Shown here one piece after another: positions 1-12,859 of a stretch of 54,108 nt of DNA (the first letter of the stretch is position 1; every line of letters starts with the position of its first letter). Source of the stretch: Tubiluchus corallicola (lineage: Eukaryota; Animalia; Priapulida); NCBI GenBank assembly GCA_030141605.1, contig JAQGDQ010001223.1, forward strand, positions 1 through 54,108, given 5' to 3'. The notes under the pieces are model-generated. The model was not told the origin of the DNA and made no database searches. It worked only from the letters and a program-made list of their open reading frames with translations. The position numbers and the translations under genes are program-made.

Positions 1-1028
1 TTGCAGGAAAATAAAAAAAGCATTGTCAATTCGTGATTTAAATAACACATGTTTCTATAAGTGCTTGTGGTGTGCTGGTTAGTCTGCTGGCTGTTTATGT
101 ATTTTATTGTTTACAAGAGTTCGTACTTTTGCCCTTTTACTCTTGTAAGAAAAATGTGGGTCAACGTGTGCTAACTTTTCATAGCTGCATGTTGATATTT
201 TTCGTATTTGTGGACATTGTGCAAGCTGTCGAACGGTTGCCTATAACTGCAGTGTTCCTCGGGCTTCTTGTTTGTGGAATTCTTTTTCAAAAAAGTATTC
301 CTGCATTAAATACGACTTCGCCATCTTTAAAAGGAATGCTAACAGACACTCCTCCTCCTACTACTGGCAGTTATAAAACTTATTTTTCTAGGCTTATGTT
401 TGCATTTGTTCACTTTTCTACAGTGATTCCTTATTTTCTGTGGCCCTCGCAAAGGTATTTGCCATTAGCCTAACTAGACTGCAGCTTAGGGAGCCAGATT
501 TTAGGGACCCAGAGAATGTGTGTCCTTTCATATTCATATGCAATTATTACACACCACAAACTGTTTGCGGAATGTTGTACTATATAGGCGCCATATGGAT
601 AATTGTTACTTAAATCATAATACACCGCAAGCAGTTGCGGCAGCTGTTTAGATATAAGAACTATGCATATACTTCTAACGAACAATAACAAGTACTAGGT
701 AATAGTGCTAAAAAGCATGAAAAGTTGTTATTTATTATTATGTTAATAAATCTAATAAAAAAATCTAAATAATATAGATTTGCACGAAAAGTCTTTTGAG
801 ACATAACATTGCTTTCTCTTCCCTTCATTTACGTTTGGTGCATGACGTCATGTAATGGCGCGATCGGAACAGTATTGCGGGAGATTTAAAATGAAAACAA
901 ACTAAAATTCCTTTCAGTGCGAGTACCATATACGCATAAAATTGCTATAAAGTAATATAATATTTTTAAGACGATTTTTCAGAAACCTACTTCAGGTACC
1001 CCTTTTCTTGTCCTTTAAGTAAAGAACC

Positions 1029-1271
<243 letters not shown>

Positions 1272-1528
1272 AAAAATTCATGATCGCCCAAGTGTGAATA
1301 CCCTTTAAAAAATCTCTTGATTAGTGTTTAGAGCTGGCTGCTTGGCTGCATGTTAGAGTTCTTAAACGCTCAGCATTACAGCTGCCTGACAACATTCGTT
1401 TAGTAAATTGCTTTTCCTCGCAAGCGAAATTGAAAATTCAGTTTTAAACCGAGGAAACGCATTTAAGCCGTGGATAATTTTATAAGTTTCCAGAGGCGTG
1501 TAAGATTTGCGCATGCGCAGTGTTTTAC

Positions 1529-1910
1529 AGGAAAACCGGATCCAATCCTAAACTGTAGGTCTATTATTTAAAATATTGAAAGGCAACATACTATTTTTTC
1601 AAGAATGACTAACGTGAAAGAATTATTACCACACAAATACAATTTCACGTTCGCGCCACTAGTTCTTCGCTGTTACATGAATTTCGCCATTTGCTAGTTA
1701 GACGGGCACTAGCGCCTGCATTTTCGAAACGCATTGCACGAAAAGTAAGTGCTGTACCTCTCAGTTCAGATGTGTTAGTTTGTGACGAACTACACACATT
1801 TGACAGCTCATGCATGAGAACAGTGGTAAATTTGATATTTGAATTTATCTTAAAACTTCTCTAGTTTTACAGTACAACACACTGAATATCTTACAGTAGC
1901 ACTGTACTTC
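1529..1910 (+). mobile_element. MITE family A, truncated copy
   Basis: Shares aaaaccggatccaatc..aaactgtagg and caacacactgaatatcttacagtagcactgtac; ends at an AG-rich tract. Confidence 0.7.
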
Positions 1911-1995
1911 GAGAGAGAGAGAGAAGGGGAGGAAGGGAGAGACAGAGACGGAGGGAGAGAGAGACAGGGAGAGGGAGAGACGAAAGAAGCATGTA

Positions 1996-2571
1996 TAAAA
2001 CCGACCCCCATTCTTAAACTGTAGGTCAAAACAATCTACTCTTTAAAATATTGAAAGGAAACGTACTATTTTTCAAAAATGCCTTACTTGAAAGAATTAT
2101 TACCGCACAAACACAACTTCACGTTCATGCCACTAGTTCTTCACTGTTACATGCATTTTGCTATTCGCTACTTAGACGGGCACTAGCACCTGCAATTCGT
2201 GCTGTTCGTTTGTGAAATAATACACACTTTCCTGAACTCATGCGTGAACACAGCTGTAAATCATAAATTTCAATTTTTATTTTAAAACTTGCCTAGTTTG
2301 ATTGCAACACACTGAATATCTTACAGTAGCACTGTACATCAATTTTCTCTTTCATAAACACGTGCAGCACGCTCGTGGAATAGTTTTGCTTTTGAAAATT
2401 TTGTTAGTTTGTGATGTCATCAGTAGGTGGGTTCACCCGCCGTTAATTAAGATTTTAATATATTATTTAATTATCAGAAATGCTTTTGCAGTATTATTGG
2501 TGTTAAAATGTATACATTTTACCACACTTCAAAATGGGGTATGATATGAGAAATCTTCTTTTCTGCTTTAA
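1996..2571 (+). mobile_element. MITE family A copy
   Basis: Colinear with the other copies; ends ctgctttaa. Confidence 0.75.
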
Positions 2572-2677
2572 AATTTTCTATTCATTAGCATAAGGCTGAC
2601 AGCTGGTCTCTTCAGTAATGAGCCATTTGTAATGCAAGCAGTGTCGCACTGACAAAGGAATAATGTTAATAATTTGA

Positions 2678-2797
2678 GTGACTGAGAGTACTGGGACTAG
2701 GGATGGACTGAGAGTACTGGGACTAGGGATGGACTGAGAGTACTGGGACTAGGGATGGACTGAGAGTACTGGGACTAGGGATGGACTGAGAGTACTG
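2678..2797. repeat. 26-bp minisatellite, ~4.5 copies
   Basis: Unit gactgagagtactgggactagggatg. Confidence 0.9.
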
Positions 2798-2852
2798 TGA
2801 AAACATAGCTGTAGGCATGTTGTAGGAGATGAGAATATACTTGTTAATGGTC

Positions 2853-3162
2853 AGAGAGAAGGGGAGAGAGGGAGAGAGACAGAGAGAGAAAAGAGAGAGA
2901 GAGACTAGGAGAGAAAAGGAGAAGAAAGAGGGATATTGAGTGAGATTGAGAGAGTTTGGAGAGAAAGAGAGGGGAGAGAGAAAAGAGAGAGACTGAGAGA
3001 GAAAAGGAGAAGAAAGAGGGATATTAGTGAGATTTAGAGAGTTAATGAGAGAAAAAGAGAGAGAATGAGATTGAAAAAAGTTTAGAAAGATAGATATTAG
3101 AAATTAGAGAAAAGAGAGAGATATAGAGAGAGATAGAGAGAGATAGAGAGATAGAGAGAGAT

Positions 3163-3257
<95 letters not shown>

Positions 3258-3271
3258 AAAAAGAGAGAGAG

Positions 3272-3306
<35 letters not shown>

Positions 3307-3314
3307 CATAAGAG

Positions 3315-3397
<83 letters not shown>

Positions 3398-3420
3398 CAT
3401 ATATATATATAGATATATAA
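2853..3420. repeat. Compound AG-rich / (AT)n microsatellite
   Basis: Direct reading. Confidence 0.92.
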
Positions 3421-4210
3421 TATTATATTGTTTAACACACTTTCATTACTGCCTCGCAGTTTCTATTCGCCCTTACATCCCCTAACTGCATATGTGACCA
3501 TTGTCCAGTGGTCATTTCGCATCAGTGATTCATAGTTTATACATTTGCATTCATAATAAATACTCAGTTGTCCCATGTAAATACACATAAAATCATAAAA
3601 GGACCTTCACGACATCATCAAACAGAGTTAAACAGCACTGTGCCTCGTGAATAAATAGATTGATGACCAATGTGAACAAGTACAGCACAAGAAGAACGAA
3701 AGGACCTTAACAAAAGCATGCATTATTAAGCAAGCAGAGTTAAGCAATAAAAGAGTATGTGAAAGATTGCACGTATTTGATGGTTGCACGTGAGCTGCAC
3801 GTGAATTGCACGTTTCGTGGCCCAGTGGGAGTGTCTACTGCCCCCTCCCCCTCCTCCAACTAATCTCTGTACTTGATGGTTCACAACTGCTTGTTCGTTC
3901 TCACCTGGTGAGACAACAAAAGGTTCCCGTCTACAATGTGAGGTTTAAATCACTGATGTCTCGAAGAATTTCAATCAGGGAGTTCTTTAATTAAAAGAAG
4001 CCAAAGTTCTCGAAGCCATTCATCTTGCTCAGACTGAGATCAGATAACTAAGGCTTGACTTGTACAGATACGTGAGCAAATTATTGACGGTTCGAATTCT
4101 CATCAGAGCAGCAGTGAACTGTGTTTAATGTCGACGTGAACATTCTTCTGTTTCATCTGCTACTTTATCTGTTTAGAACTTTTGTTGTTCGTGATAGCAT
4201 CTTACCAATG

Positions 4211-5270
4211 TTAAAGAAAGACAGCATGATTTTTTATCTACTACCCCATTTTGGCTGTAGGCTTGCGGGATGCCCACACTGTCTCTCGACACTAGGCAGA
4301 GGAGCTGCACAAGCAGCCAGCGGCTAGAGGGCGGAGGAGGTCAAGTGACCCAACGGCCATGTGTAGAGGAGTGAATCTTCCAAATCAGCAGTGAAGCCCT
4401 GAAGGCGGACCAGTGCAGCATGCTCACTGACTCCGGCAGCTCCTGCAGTCAACCTGGTGCCAAACGTATCGCTCTGCTTTCCTTTGGACTACACCAGGGA
4501 GGAGGAGAGGGGGTTCCTGTTGTCTGGGCAACTCAGGATCTCTATACACCTTGCCCAGGTGTGCACCCTGGAGACGTTCAAGGATCGCACTGCTCAGCCA
4601 CAGTCGATGCTGCAGCTCCATCAATGTGATCAATAACTGACTCTCTTGGCGCACACTCCATTGTCTTCCGAGACAGAAGGATGCCAACAACAACCCCATT
4701 TTCAAATCAGATTAGAAGTATACATTTTAACTTAGTTAATACTGCAAAAGCGTTTCTGATAATTAAATTATAGATTAAAATCTCAACTAATGGCGGACGA
4801 GACCAACTATTGATGACATCACAAACTAACATAATTTTCAACGGCAAAACTGTTCCACGAGCGTGTTGCGACCCATTTCCAAAAGCGACAATTGAAGTAC
4901 AGTGCTATTGTAAGATATTCAGTGTGTTGTACTAAAACTAGGGGAGTTTTAAGATAAAAATTCAAATTTCAAATTTACTGCTGTGCTCACGCATAAGCTG
5001 CCGAACGTGTGTAGTTCATCACAAACTAACATATCTGAACTGAGAGGTACAGCACCTGTTTTTTGTGGAATGTGTTTCCGAAATGCAGGCACTAGTGCCC
5101 GTCTAACTAGTGAATGGCGAAATGCATGTAACAGTGAAGAACTAGTGGCGCAAACGTGAAATTGTGTTTGTGTGGTAATAATTCTTTCTTGATAGTCATT
5201 TTTGAAAAAATAGTGTGTTCCCTTTCAGTATTTTGACCTACAGTTTAAGATTGGATCCGGTTTTGCTTAA
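4211..5270 (-). mobile_element. TTAA-flanked non-autonomous DNA transposon (Kolobok-like MITE, family A), interrupted by the SINE
   Basis: ttaaag...gcttaa termini; homologous to 1529-1910, 1996-2571, 47766-48375 and 52718-53320. Confidence 0.75.
4253..4692 (+). mobile_element. 5'-truncated copy of the 5S-SINE inserted in a MITE
   Basis: Starts at the last ~12 nt of the 5S head (gctgtaggctt), ends gaaggatgccaacaaca, flanked by the duplication accccatttt. Confidence 0.88.
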
Positions 5271-5284
5271 GTTAAGGGGTCTCA

Positions 5285-5812
5285 AGAAACCAGTCACAAA
5301 GTTTAGCTTCTATTACAGGGTCGAATTCACCGTTGGTGAGAAGGCAGTCAGCAAGTTCTGCTTGATCAAGCAAGAAGCCAGTCACTGAGTTTGTTTTCTA
5401 TTACAGGGTCGAGTTCACCGTTGGTGAGAAGCCAGTCTGCAAGTTCTGCTTGATCAAGCAAGAAGCCAGTCACTGAGTTTGATTTCTATTACAGGGTCGA
5501 GTTCACCGTTGGTGAGAAGGCAGTCAGCAAGTTCTGCTTGATCAAGCAAGAAGCCAGTCACTAAGTTTGTTTTCTATTACAGGGTCGAGTTCACCGTTGG
5601 TGAGAAGCCAGTCTGCAAGTTCTGCTTGATCAAGCAAGAAGCCAGTCACTAAGTTTGATTTCTATTACAGGGTCGAGTTCACCGTTGGTGAGAAGCCAGT
5701 CAGTAAGTTCCGCATGATCGAGCAAGAAGCCAGTCACTAAGTTTGTTTTCTATTACAGGGTCGAGTTCACCGTTGGTGAGAAGCCAGTCAGTAAGTTCCG
5801 GATGATCGAGCG
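5285..5812 (+). repeat. 88-bp tandem repeat x6 containing the UNC119 acceptor and exon start
   Basis: tattacaggg at 5311, 5399, 5487, 5575, 5663 and 5751. Confidence 0.95.
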
Positions 5813-5931
5813 ACATTTCTTCAGGGAGAAGCTGCTGAAGAGTTTCGATTTCGAGTTCGGCTTCTGCATTCCAAACAGTAAAAACACCTGCGAGCACATA
5901 TACGAGTTTCCGGTGCTGGATCCGGAAATGA
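5759..5931 (+). CDS. UNC119: UNC-119 penultimate coding exon
   Basis: tattacag|G GTC GAG TTC ... GAA ATG A|gtaagt; 173 nt, phase 2->1. Confidence 0.95.
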
Positions 5932-8540
5932 GTAAGTTCTTTACCGGTAGTCTCGTTGGGAGCACAGAGAAGGTCCTCTTTATTTTCGAGTTGGCATCTC
6001 TAGCAGTGAAGTACAGAAGCCACATTTAAGCACAAGAAAACACTCTTTGTAAATGAAGGTTAAAAAATTCCACTTATAATTTTATATCACTTACATGCTG
6101 TCTTATTGCATACAGGGCTTGCATTTGCAGTAACGCTGTATAAAACTTGTAAATTTAAACTCCTGCGATGCCCGTTAGATGCAACCATTTTAATGGTAAG
6201 TCATTTGAAGCAAGTTTAGACAACATTGGATAAAGTTTGGATAAATAATCAGAGCTTTCGTAGCACACTTTTCACTAACTAAGCAAGTAACTAAGCGAAA
6301 ATTTAAATTACTTTATATTGTTAATAAGATCAATAACGTGTTTTTTGGTGAACCAGTGGTGCACACTGGGATGTTGATGCAGTGCCCTTGATCAGATGGT
6401 GTAAACATTTTAAATTAATGACAATTTTCTATTTCAATTATGTATGTCTTTCAAATAATTAATCAGGATAGTAAGTAATCAGGATCTTTTACATTTTAAA
6501 TGAGTTTTTTGAAACCGGGTGATTCAAAAGAGTCTTAAGGAGTTTAAAAATCCAAAACGCGTCATGAAGTTTGTCTCGCACCGAAAGATTTGTGAGAATT
6601 TAAAAAAAAATATCAGATTTTGTCGTCATTACGGAGGCGTTAGCCGGTTTCTTGGGACATCAGGAATGTGCCTTAACTACAACTGTCACGTGACTTGTGG
6701 GTAAAGCAAAACCGCCTGCTGCATCAGTTCAGTGACTTCATTTTTATGGCAGCTTTTAACTTATGCAGTGATCTTTTAATATTTTCTGCATATTTTCATG
6801 CCCAGAAGCATGACGCGTATCTTAGTCAAACTTCTTGCTCCAGAATTAATTTAAGAAATTCATTTTACCAAAATTTATTTACTAATTTGCATGAATGAAT
6901 AAAGTAACAGATGAGCAGAAACCTTGATAATGATTACAAAGCGCTACTGTTTGCATAACTTTGCAACAGAGTTACAATTGCTATAATTGCAATAGTGGTA
7001 TAATTACTACAGTAACCAGCCGAGTGCATCAGACTGTTTAAACAAGTGCAGACAGTATCAATGATGCAACTGTATCTATTAGCCTCAGCTAAATCAATAC
7101 ACGTTGCAAAGGACTACTGCAGTTAACCTGAGTTTATCATCTTAGAGCTCGATAATGCACAATGGGGGATAAAGGTGATGCGGATTTCTCGGAAAGTAGT
7201 GTGGTTTGATCGAAATGCGTTGATCGGGAAACATCCCGATACATTAGCTCCTAATGGCGCCGAGTGGATGATGCAGAATGTGTGAGGAATGATCCGAATT
7301 AGGCTAATTTATTATCTCTTTGCTAATAGTGGCGGCTCGTGTTAAACTCAGTAAGGGTGTAATCATTTGCTTCACATTCTGGACTATGCGAGCCGACAAA
7401 AGTTGAGCAACACCAAGCCTGGTCAGTGAATGGATGGGTGAGCACCCCCGTTCTGCGGCCATACTGTTTGTTGACTTGTTTGGGACCTTGTTCAGGAAAA
7501 TTATATGTGCATCAGCTGAAAACGTCTGCTTGTCCAATTTCTGATGAAGAACAGCGTTCCAGTCCTGTTACATTTGTCAACAAATGGGCCCTGCCATTTT
7601 CCTGGGTTTGCCCAACGTCAACTGCAGTGGCGGCTCGTGTATAGGCACTGTGGAACCACAGCACCCCCTATTTTCACTCATTATTATCGATTATATTCAA
7701 TATAATCAGTCTTTTTCTTTAGTCTTTAGTTCTTTTTTATACTCGTGCGAAATTGGACTACGTGAGGGTAGTAGAATTTGCTTCACAGCCCAGCACAGTG
7801 GTGTTTGGCTGTTGTATGCGTGCGGCTGTGCACATGTCTGAGATAAGATGCTGCACTTTAGGTAGAAAAAGTTCTGTCGCTCACACAGTGTGTGCTGTCA
7901 GTTGTCACGTGATTAAAAGCCGTGTATTGCCATACTCTTGAAGTTAGGCTATTCGTAAGAAAACAATATTTTTTACGAATTTATCAAGTTTTTACGTATA
8001 AATTAGTTAGTTTGTTTAAAATTATATTTACAACATTAAAATTACACATGCTTGTTTCGTTTTACACAGTATTAACACAATGGCTAAAAAAATTTTAGTG
8101 TTCCGCCCCCCCCCCCCAGTAATTTTAGCCACTACGAGCAACTGCTGATCAAGTAAAACCAATGGTCAAATATAATAAGCTTTTTCACAGTTTTGTTGTA
8201 CGCACGCACACTTGCTGTAGCTCAAAGGTTAAGTGTAGCACAGCAACGCATCTTAACTACAACTGTCACGTGACTTGTGGGTAAGGCAAAACCGTCTGCT
8301 GCATCAGTTCAGCAACTTCAATTGTTTTACGTGGATTTTACTTCAGATTGTCAAATTGTATAGGAAATGATGATTTGCGAATGAATTCATGATATTTTAA
8401 ATGCTCTTTTGTTTTCAGTTCAAGAGATGATACGGTGTCCATATGAGACCAGGTCGGATAGCTTCTATTTTGTGGAGGATAAGTTGATCATGCACAACAA
8501 GGCTGATTATGCATACAATGGTGGCCAGCAGCAGCTCTGA
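5759..8540 (+). CDS. UNC119: UNC-119 homolog, 3' part: join(5759..5931,8419..8540); upstream exons not found in the window
   Basis: Spliced translation [97 protein letters not shown] matches the recalled UNC119 C-terminus (VEFTVG, FRMIERH, SFDF.FGFCIP, SDSFYFV...MHNKADY). GT-AG sites and phases are consistent. Confidence 0.96.
6056..6435 (+). repeat. Dispersed repeat family B (also ~48402-48768 + and ~52330-52685 -)
   Basis: Shared cagggcttgcatt.gcagtaa, caagtttaga, tttaaattacttta, ggtgcac.ctgggat. Confidence 0.65.
7624..8148. mobile_element. Probable MITE with cagtggcgg-type termini
   Basis: cagtggcggctcgtg at the start; degenerate reverse complement tacgagcaactgctg after a poly-C tract. 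Confidence 0.4.
8419..8540 (+). CDS. UNC119: UNC-119 last coding exon
   Basis: gttttcag|TT CAA GAG ATG ... CAG CTC TGA; 122 nt. Confidence 0.95.
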
Positions 8541-9270
8541 GTTTTCTCATCTTAGCATTTTCAACACTTCAAACAGCAATACGTAATCTGTCTGCAGTGC
8601 TGCCATCTTCAGGAGGACTTCAAAATTAAACAAAGCTGATTACGCATACAATGGTGGCCAGCAGCAACTCTGAGTTTTCTCATGTTAGCATTTTCAACAC
8701 TTCAAACAGCAATACGTAATCTGTCTGCAGTGCTGCCATCTTCAGGAGGACTTCAAAATTAAACAAAGCTGATTATACCTACAATGGTGGCCAGCAGCAA
8801 CTCTGAGTTTTCTCATCTTAATATTTTCAACACTTCAAACAGCAAAACGTAATCTGTCTGCAGTGCTGCCATCTTCAGGAGGACTTCAAAATTAAATAAA
8901 GCTGATTATGCATACAATGGTGGCCAGCAGCAGCTCTGAGTTTTCTCATCTTAGCATTTTCAACACTTCAACCAGCAATACGTAACCTGTCTGCAGTGCT
9001 GCCATCTTCAGGAGGACTTCAAAATTAAATAAAGCTGATTACGCATACAATGGTGGCCAGCAGCAACTCTGAGTTTTCTCATCTTAGCATTTTCAACACT
9101 TCAACCAGCAATACGTAACCTGTCTGCAGTGCTGCCATCTTCAGGAGGACTTCAAAATTAAATAAAGACAATGGCGGCCAACAGCAGCTTTGAGTTTTCT
9201 CATCTTAGCATTTTCGACACTTCAACCAGCAAAACGTAACCTACCTGCAGTGGTGCCATCTTCTGGACGG
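8500..9270 (+). repeat. 133-bp tandem repeat, ~6 copies, containing the last UNC119 codons and stop
   Basis: caatggtggcc at 8516, 8649, 8782, 8915 and 9048. Confidence 0.95.
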
Positions 9271-10054
9271 CTCCACAACTACGTGCTACCTGCAGTAACA
9301 CTTGTGTGGTTTGCAATTATTGAGGTGACTAATTTATACCATAGAACTCGATTATGTTTTATGATTATGAAAGTATTGTCTAGTATTTACTGATTCATTA
9401 GCCGTGCAACTGATCTAACCTTTGTCACTCGCAGTTTGATACGGTAGACAAGTGAGCGTATGAAACTTTAGTATATTTAAGTTGCCGGAAGACTTAGCTC
9501 AAAATCTAGAGGGAATATTTGTTCGTTTACTATTTACTTTTAGATAATTTAGAAGGCGGTTTTGATAGTATTACCACGGTCTATGCAAACGTTCCGGTCG
9601 GCCGTCGATAGGACAGGCGCCTCATTGCTTCTAGTTGTTTTAGTTTGGACACGGGTAACGACTACTTAACGAGTCTTTGCTTAATTTGTTCTCAGTCGAA
9701 TGCAGTTTTGATTTCATTTCGTCGGGGTCCATGTTGTTTATGTTACGCATGTCACCAAGGCGGAGCAGTGCATTGTATCAATACCTGGTTGCGCATTTGC
9801 TCAAAAGGGGCTGTTCTTGAGAGATTTCGTCGCTGAAATTTCGTCTAGCTGTTGACGTTTTGAATTCACATTCCATTGTGTAGCCGTTCTGCAACCTCTG
9901 TAGTTCTAGTCTTCACCGCGACGGAAATCCGTGCAGATTAGCAGTTCAACCGAGAATGGAAGACGCTCCTCGTAGCGTTCGGTCGGGTTTTGCTTTCTTT
10001 TTTCTTTCGTTTCTTTCTTGTTTAATTTTCAACTTGGAGTAGGCTGTAGTTACG

Positions 10055-10575
10055 GCATTAGCGTGCTTCCACAGGTGTGATGTTGACGCGTGGTTAGGTA
10101 ATTCACACTCGCAGGCATCTGATGCTACGGCTGCCATTACGTCATGAGCTTGCTTCCACGGGTCTGATATTGATGCGTGGTTAGGTAATTCACACTCGCA
10201 GGCATCTGATGCTACGGCTGCCGTTACGTCATGAGCGTGCTTCCACGGGTGTGATGTTGATGCGTGGTTAGGTAATTCACACTCGCAGGCATCTGATGCT
10301 ACGGCTGCCGTTACGTCATGAGCGTGCTTCCACGGGTGTGATATTGATGCGTGGTTAGGTAATTCACGCTCGCAGGCATCTGATGCTACGGCTGCCGTTA
10401 CGTCATGAGCGTGCTTCCACGGGTCTGATATTGATGCGTGGTTAGGTAATTCACACTCCTAGGCATCTGATGCTACGGCTGCCGTTACGTCATGAGCGTG
10501 CTTCCACGGGTCTGATATTGATGCGTGGTTAGGTAATTCACACTCGCAGGCATCTGATGCTACGGCTGCCATGAC
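10055..10575. repeat. 87-bp minisatellite, ~6 copies
   Basis: gcgtggttaggtaattcacactcgcaggcatctgatgctacggctgcc recurs every 87 nt. Confidence 0.93.
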
Positions 10576-11151
10576 GGCATCATATTACGCGTCATCGTTA
10601 CCCTTGCATACATTTTGAAGCTGTGCGAATTTCGCTGCTTTGGAAAAGTCATTAGTTCAGTATCTGTTGAACTGAACTGCAGCTCACATGTTTCCTTAGC
10701 TACGACACTTGGGCTCTTGTTGTTCATATTCAGTTTTTTAAATTGAAACTAGATAAGTTTTACACGTATAGAATTTTGCATAAGTGCTGTCATCATTTGT
10801 TATGTCTTTTCCAAAACTGCTGAAGAATTTTTCCTACTTTAAATTCCTAATAGTTAATCCATAATTAATTTGCCTACATTGAATTCAATCATTGCCATTT
10901 TATCGAACTGTGAAATTTGCTGTCTCTCTCTCTCTCATAAGCTATTGGCTTGCTTTGCTGTGAATGTGATTTTTCATACATTTATGTAACAATATGGGTG
11001 GCTTCGTGTATTTATCAGTATTTACTTACAAATTCTGATACGTTTGTAAGTCTAAATCTGCTTTGTCGCTTGATTCATCGTGTTTTAGTTGTGTATCGTA
11101 ACTTTGTACTCGCATTATAAAGATCATATGTTCACTATCAGCATTTAAATT

Positions 11152-12692
11152 TAACAATAGTGCATTGTTAAAGTACAGAAGGTGCGTAACAATAGTGCAT
11201 TGTTAAAGTACAGAAGGAACGTAACAATAGTGCATTGTTAAAGTACAGAAGGAGCGTAACAATAGTGCATTGTTAAAATACAGGAGGATAGTGCATTGTT
11301 AAAGTACAGAAGGAACGTAACAATAGTGCATTGTTAAAGTACAGAAGGAGCGTAACAATAGTGCATTGTTAAAATACAGGAGGATAGTGCATTGTTAAAG
11401 TACATAAGGAGCGTAACACTAGTGCATTGTTAAAGTACAGAAGGAACGTAACAATAGTGCATTGTTAACGTACAGAAGGAACGTAACAATAGTGCATTGT
11501 TAAAGTACAGAAGGAGCATAACAATAGCGCATTGTTAAAGTACAGAAGGAGCCTAACAATAGTGCATTGCTAATGTACAGAAGGAGCCTAACAATAGTGC
11601 ATTGCTAATGTACAGAAGGAGCGTAACAATAGCGCATTGATAAAGTACAGGAGTGCAACAATAGTGCATTGTTAAAGTACAGAAGGAAGGTAACAATAGC
11701 GCATTGTTAAAGTACAGAAGGTGCGTAACAATAGTGCATTGTTAAAGTAGAGAAGGAGCATAACAACAGAGCATTGTTAAAGTACAGAAGGAGCGTAACA
11801 ATAGTGCATTGTTAAAGTACAGAAGGTGCGTAACAATAGTGCATTGTTAAAGAACAGAAGGTGTGTAACAATAGCGCATTGTTAAAGTACAAGAAGATAG
11901 TGCATTGTTAAAGTACAGAAGGAGCATAACAACAGAGCATTGTTAAAGTACAGAAGGAGCGCAACAATAGTGCATTGTTAAAGTACAGAAGGAGCATAAC
12001 AATAGCGCATTGTTAAAGTACAGAAGGAGCCTAACAATAGTGCATTGCTAATGTACAGAAGGAGCCTAACAATAGTGCATTGCTAATGTACAGAAGGAGC
12101 GTAACAATAGCGCATTGATAAAGTACAGGAGTGCAACAATAGTGCATTGTTAAAGTACAGAAGGAAGGTAACAATAGCGCATTGTTAAAGTACAGAAGGT
12201 GCGTAACAATAGTGCATTGTTAAAGTAGAGAAGGAGCATAACAACAGAGCATTGTTAAAGTACAGAAGGAGCGTAACAATAGTGCATTGTTAAAGTACAG
12301 AAGGTGCGTAACAATAGTGCATTGTTAAAGAACAGAAGGTGCGTAACAATAGCGCATTGTTAAAGTACAAGAAGATAGTGCATTGTTAAAGTACAGAAGG
12401 AGCGTAACAACAGAGCATTGTTAAAGTACAGAAGGAGCGCAACAATAGTGCATTGTTAAAGTACAGAAGGAGCATAACAATAGTGCATTGTTAAAGTACA
12501 GAAGGAGCGCAACAATAGTGCATTGTTAAAGTACAGAAGGAGCGTAACAATAGTGCATTGTTAAAGTACAGAAGGAGCATAACAATAGTGCATTGTTAAA
12601 GTACAGAAGGAGCGCAACAATAGTGCATTGTTAATGTACAGAAGGAGCATAACAATAGCGCATTGTTAAAGTACAGAAGGAGCGTAACAATA
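11152..12692. repeat. 35-bp minisatellite with internal palindrome
   Basis: Unit aacaatagtgcattgttaaagtacagaaggagcgt. Confidence 0.95.
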
Positions 12693-12859
12693 CCTCTTAA
12701 CTAGGGCGATAACAGGGTGCTATCTATACTGAGTAAAGTCCGTCCAGTTTGAATTTGCTGATTCATCTTTTGATTAGCATAGAAATACGCTGTTTAATGC
12801 AGCGTGCGTAGAACTAGTCATGTATGAATACTCTCAGAATACTGGAAATCAGTGTGATA

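Noticed and set aside
72-473. 133-aa hydrophobic ORF
   Set aside because: Non-ATG start, no recognisable motif; T-rich non-coding composition explains it.
1508-1519. Perfect NRF1-type palindrome tgcgcatgcgca
   Set aside because: Single motif, probably intronic, next to a MITE end; no promoter context.
6672-8320. ~70-bp direct repeat at 6672 and 8251
   Set aside because: Too short for LTRs, with no TG..CA ends or internal coding; probably a local duplication.
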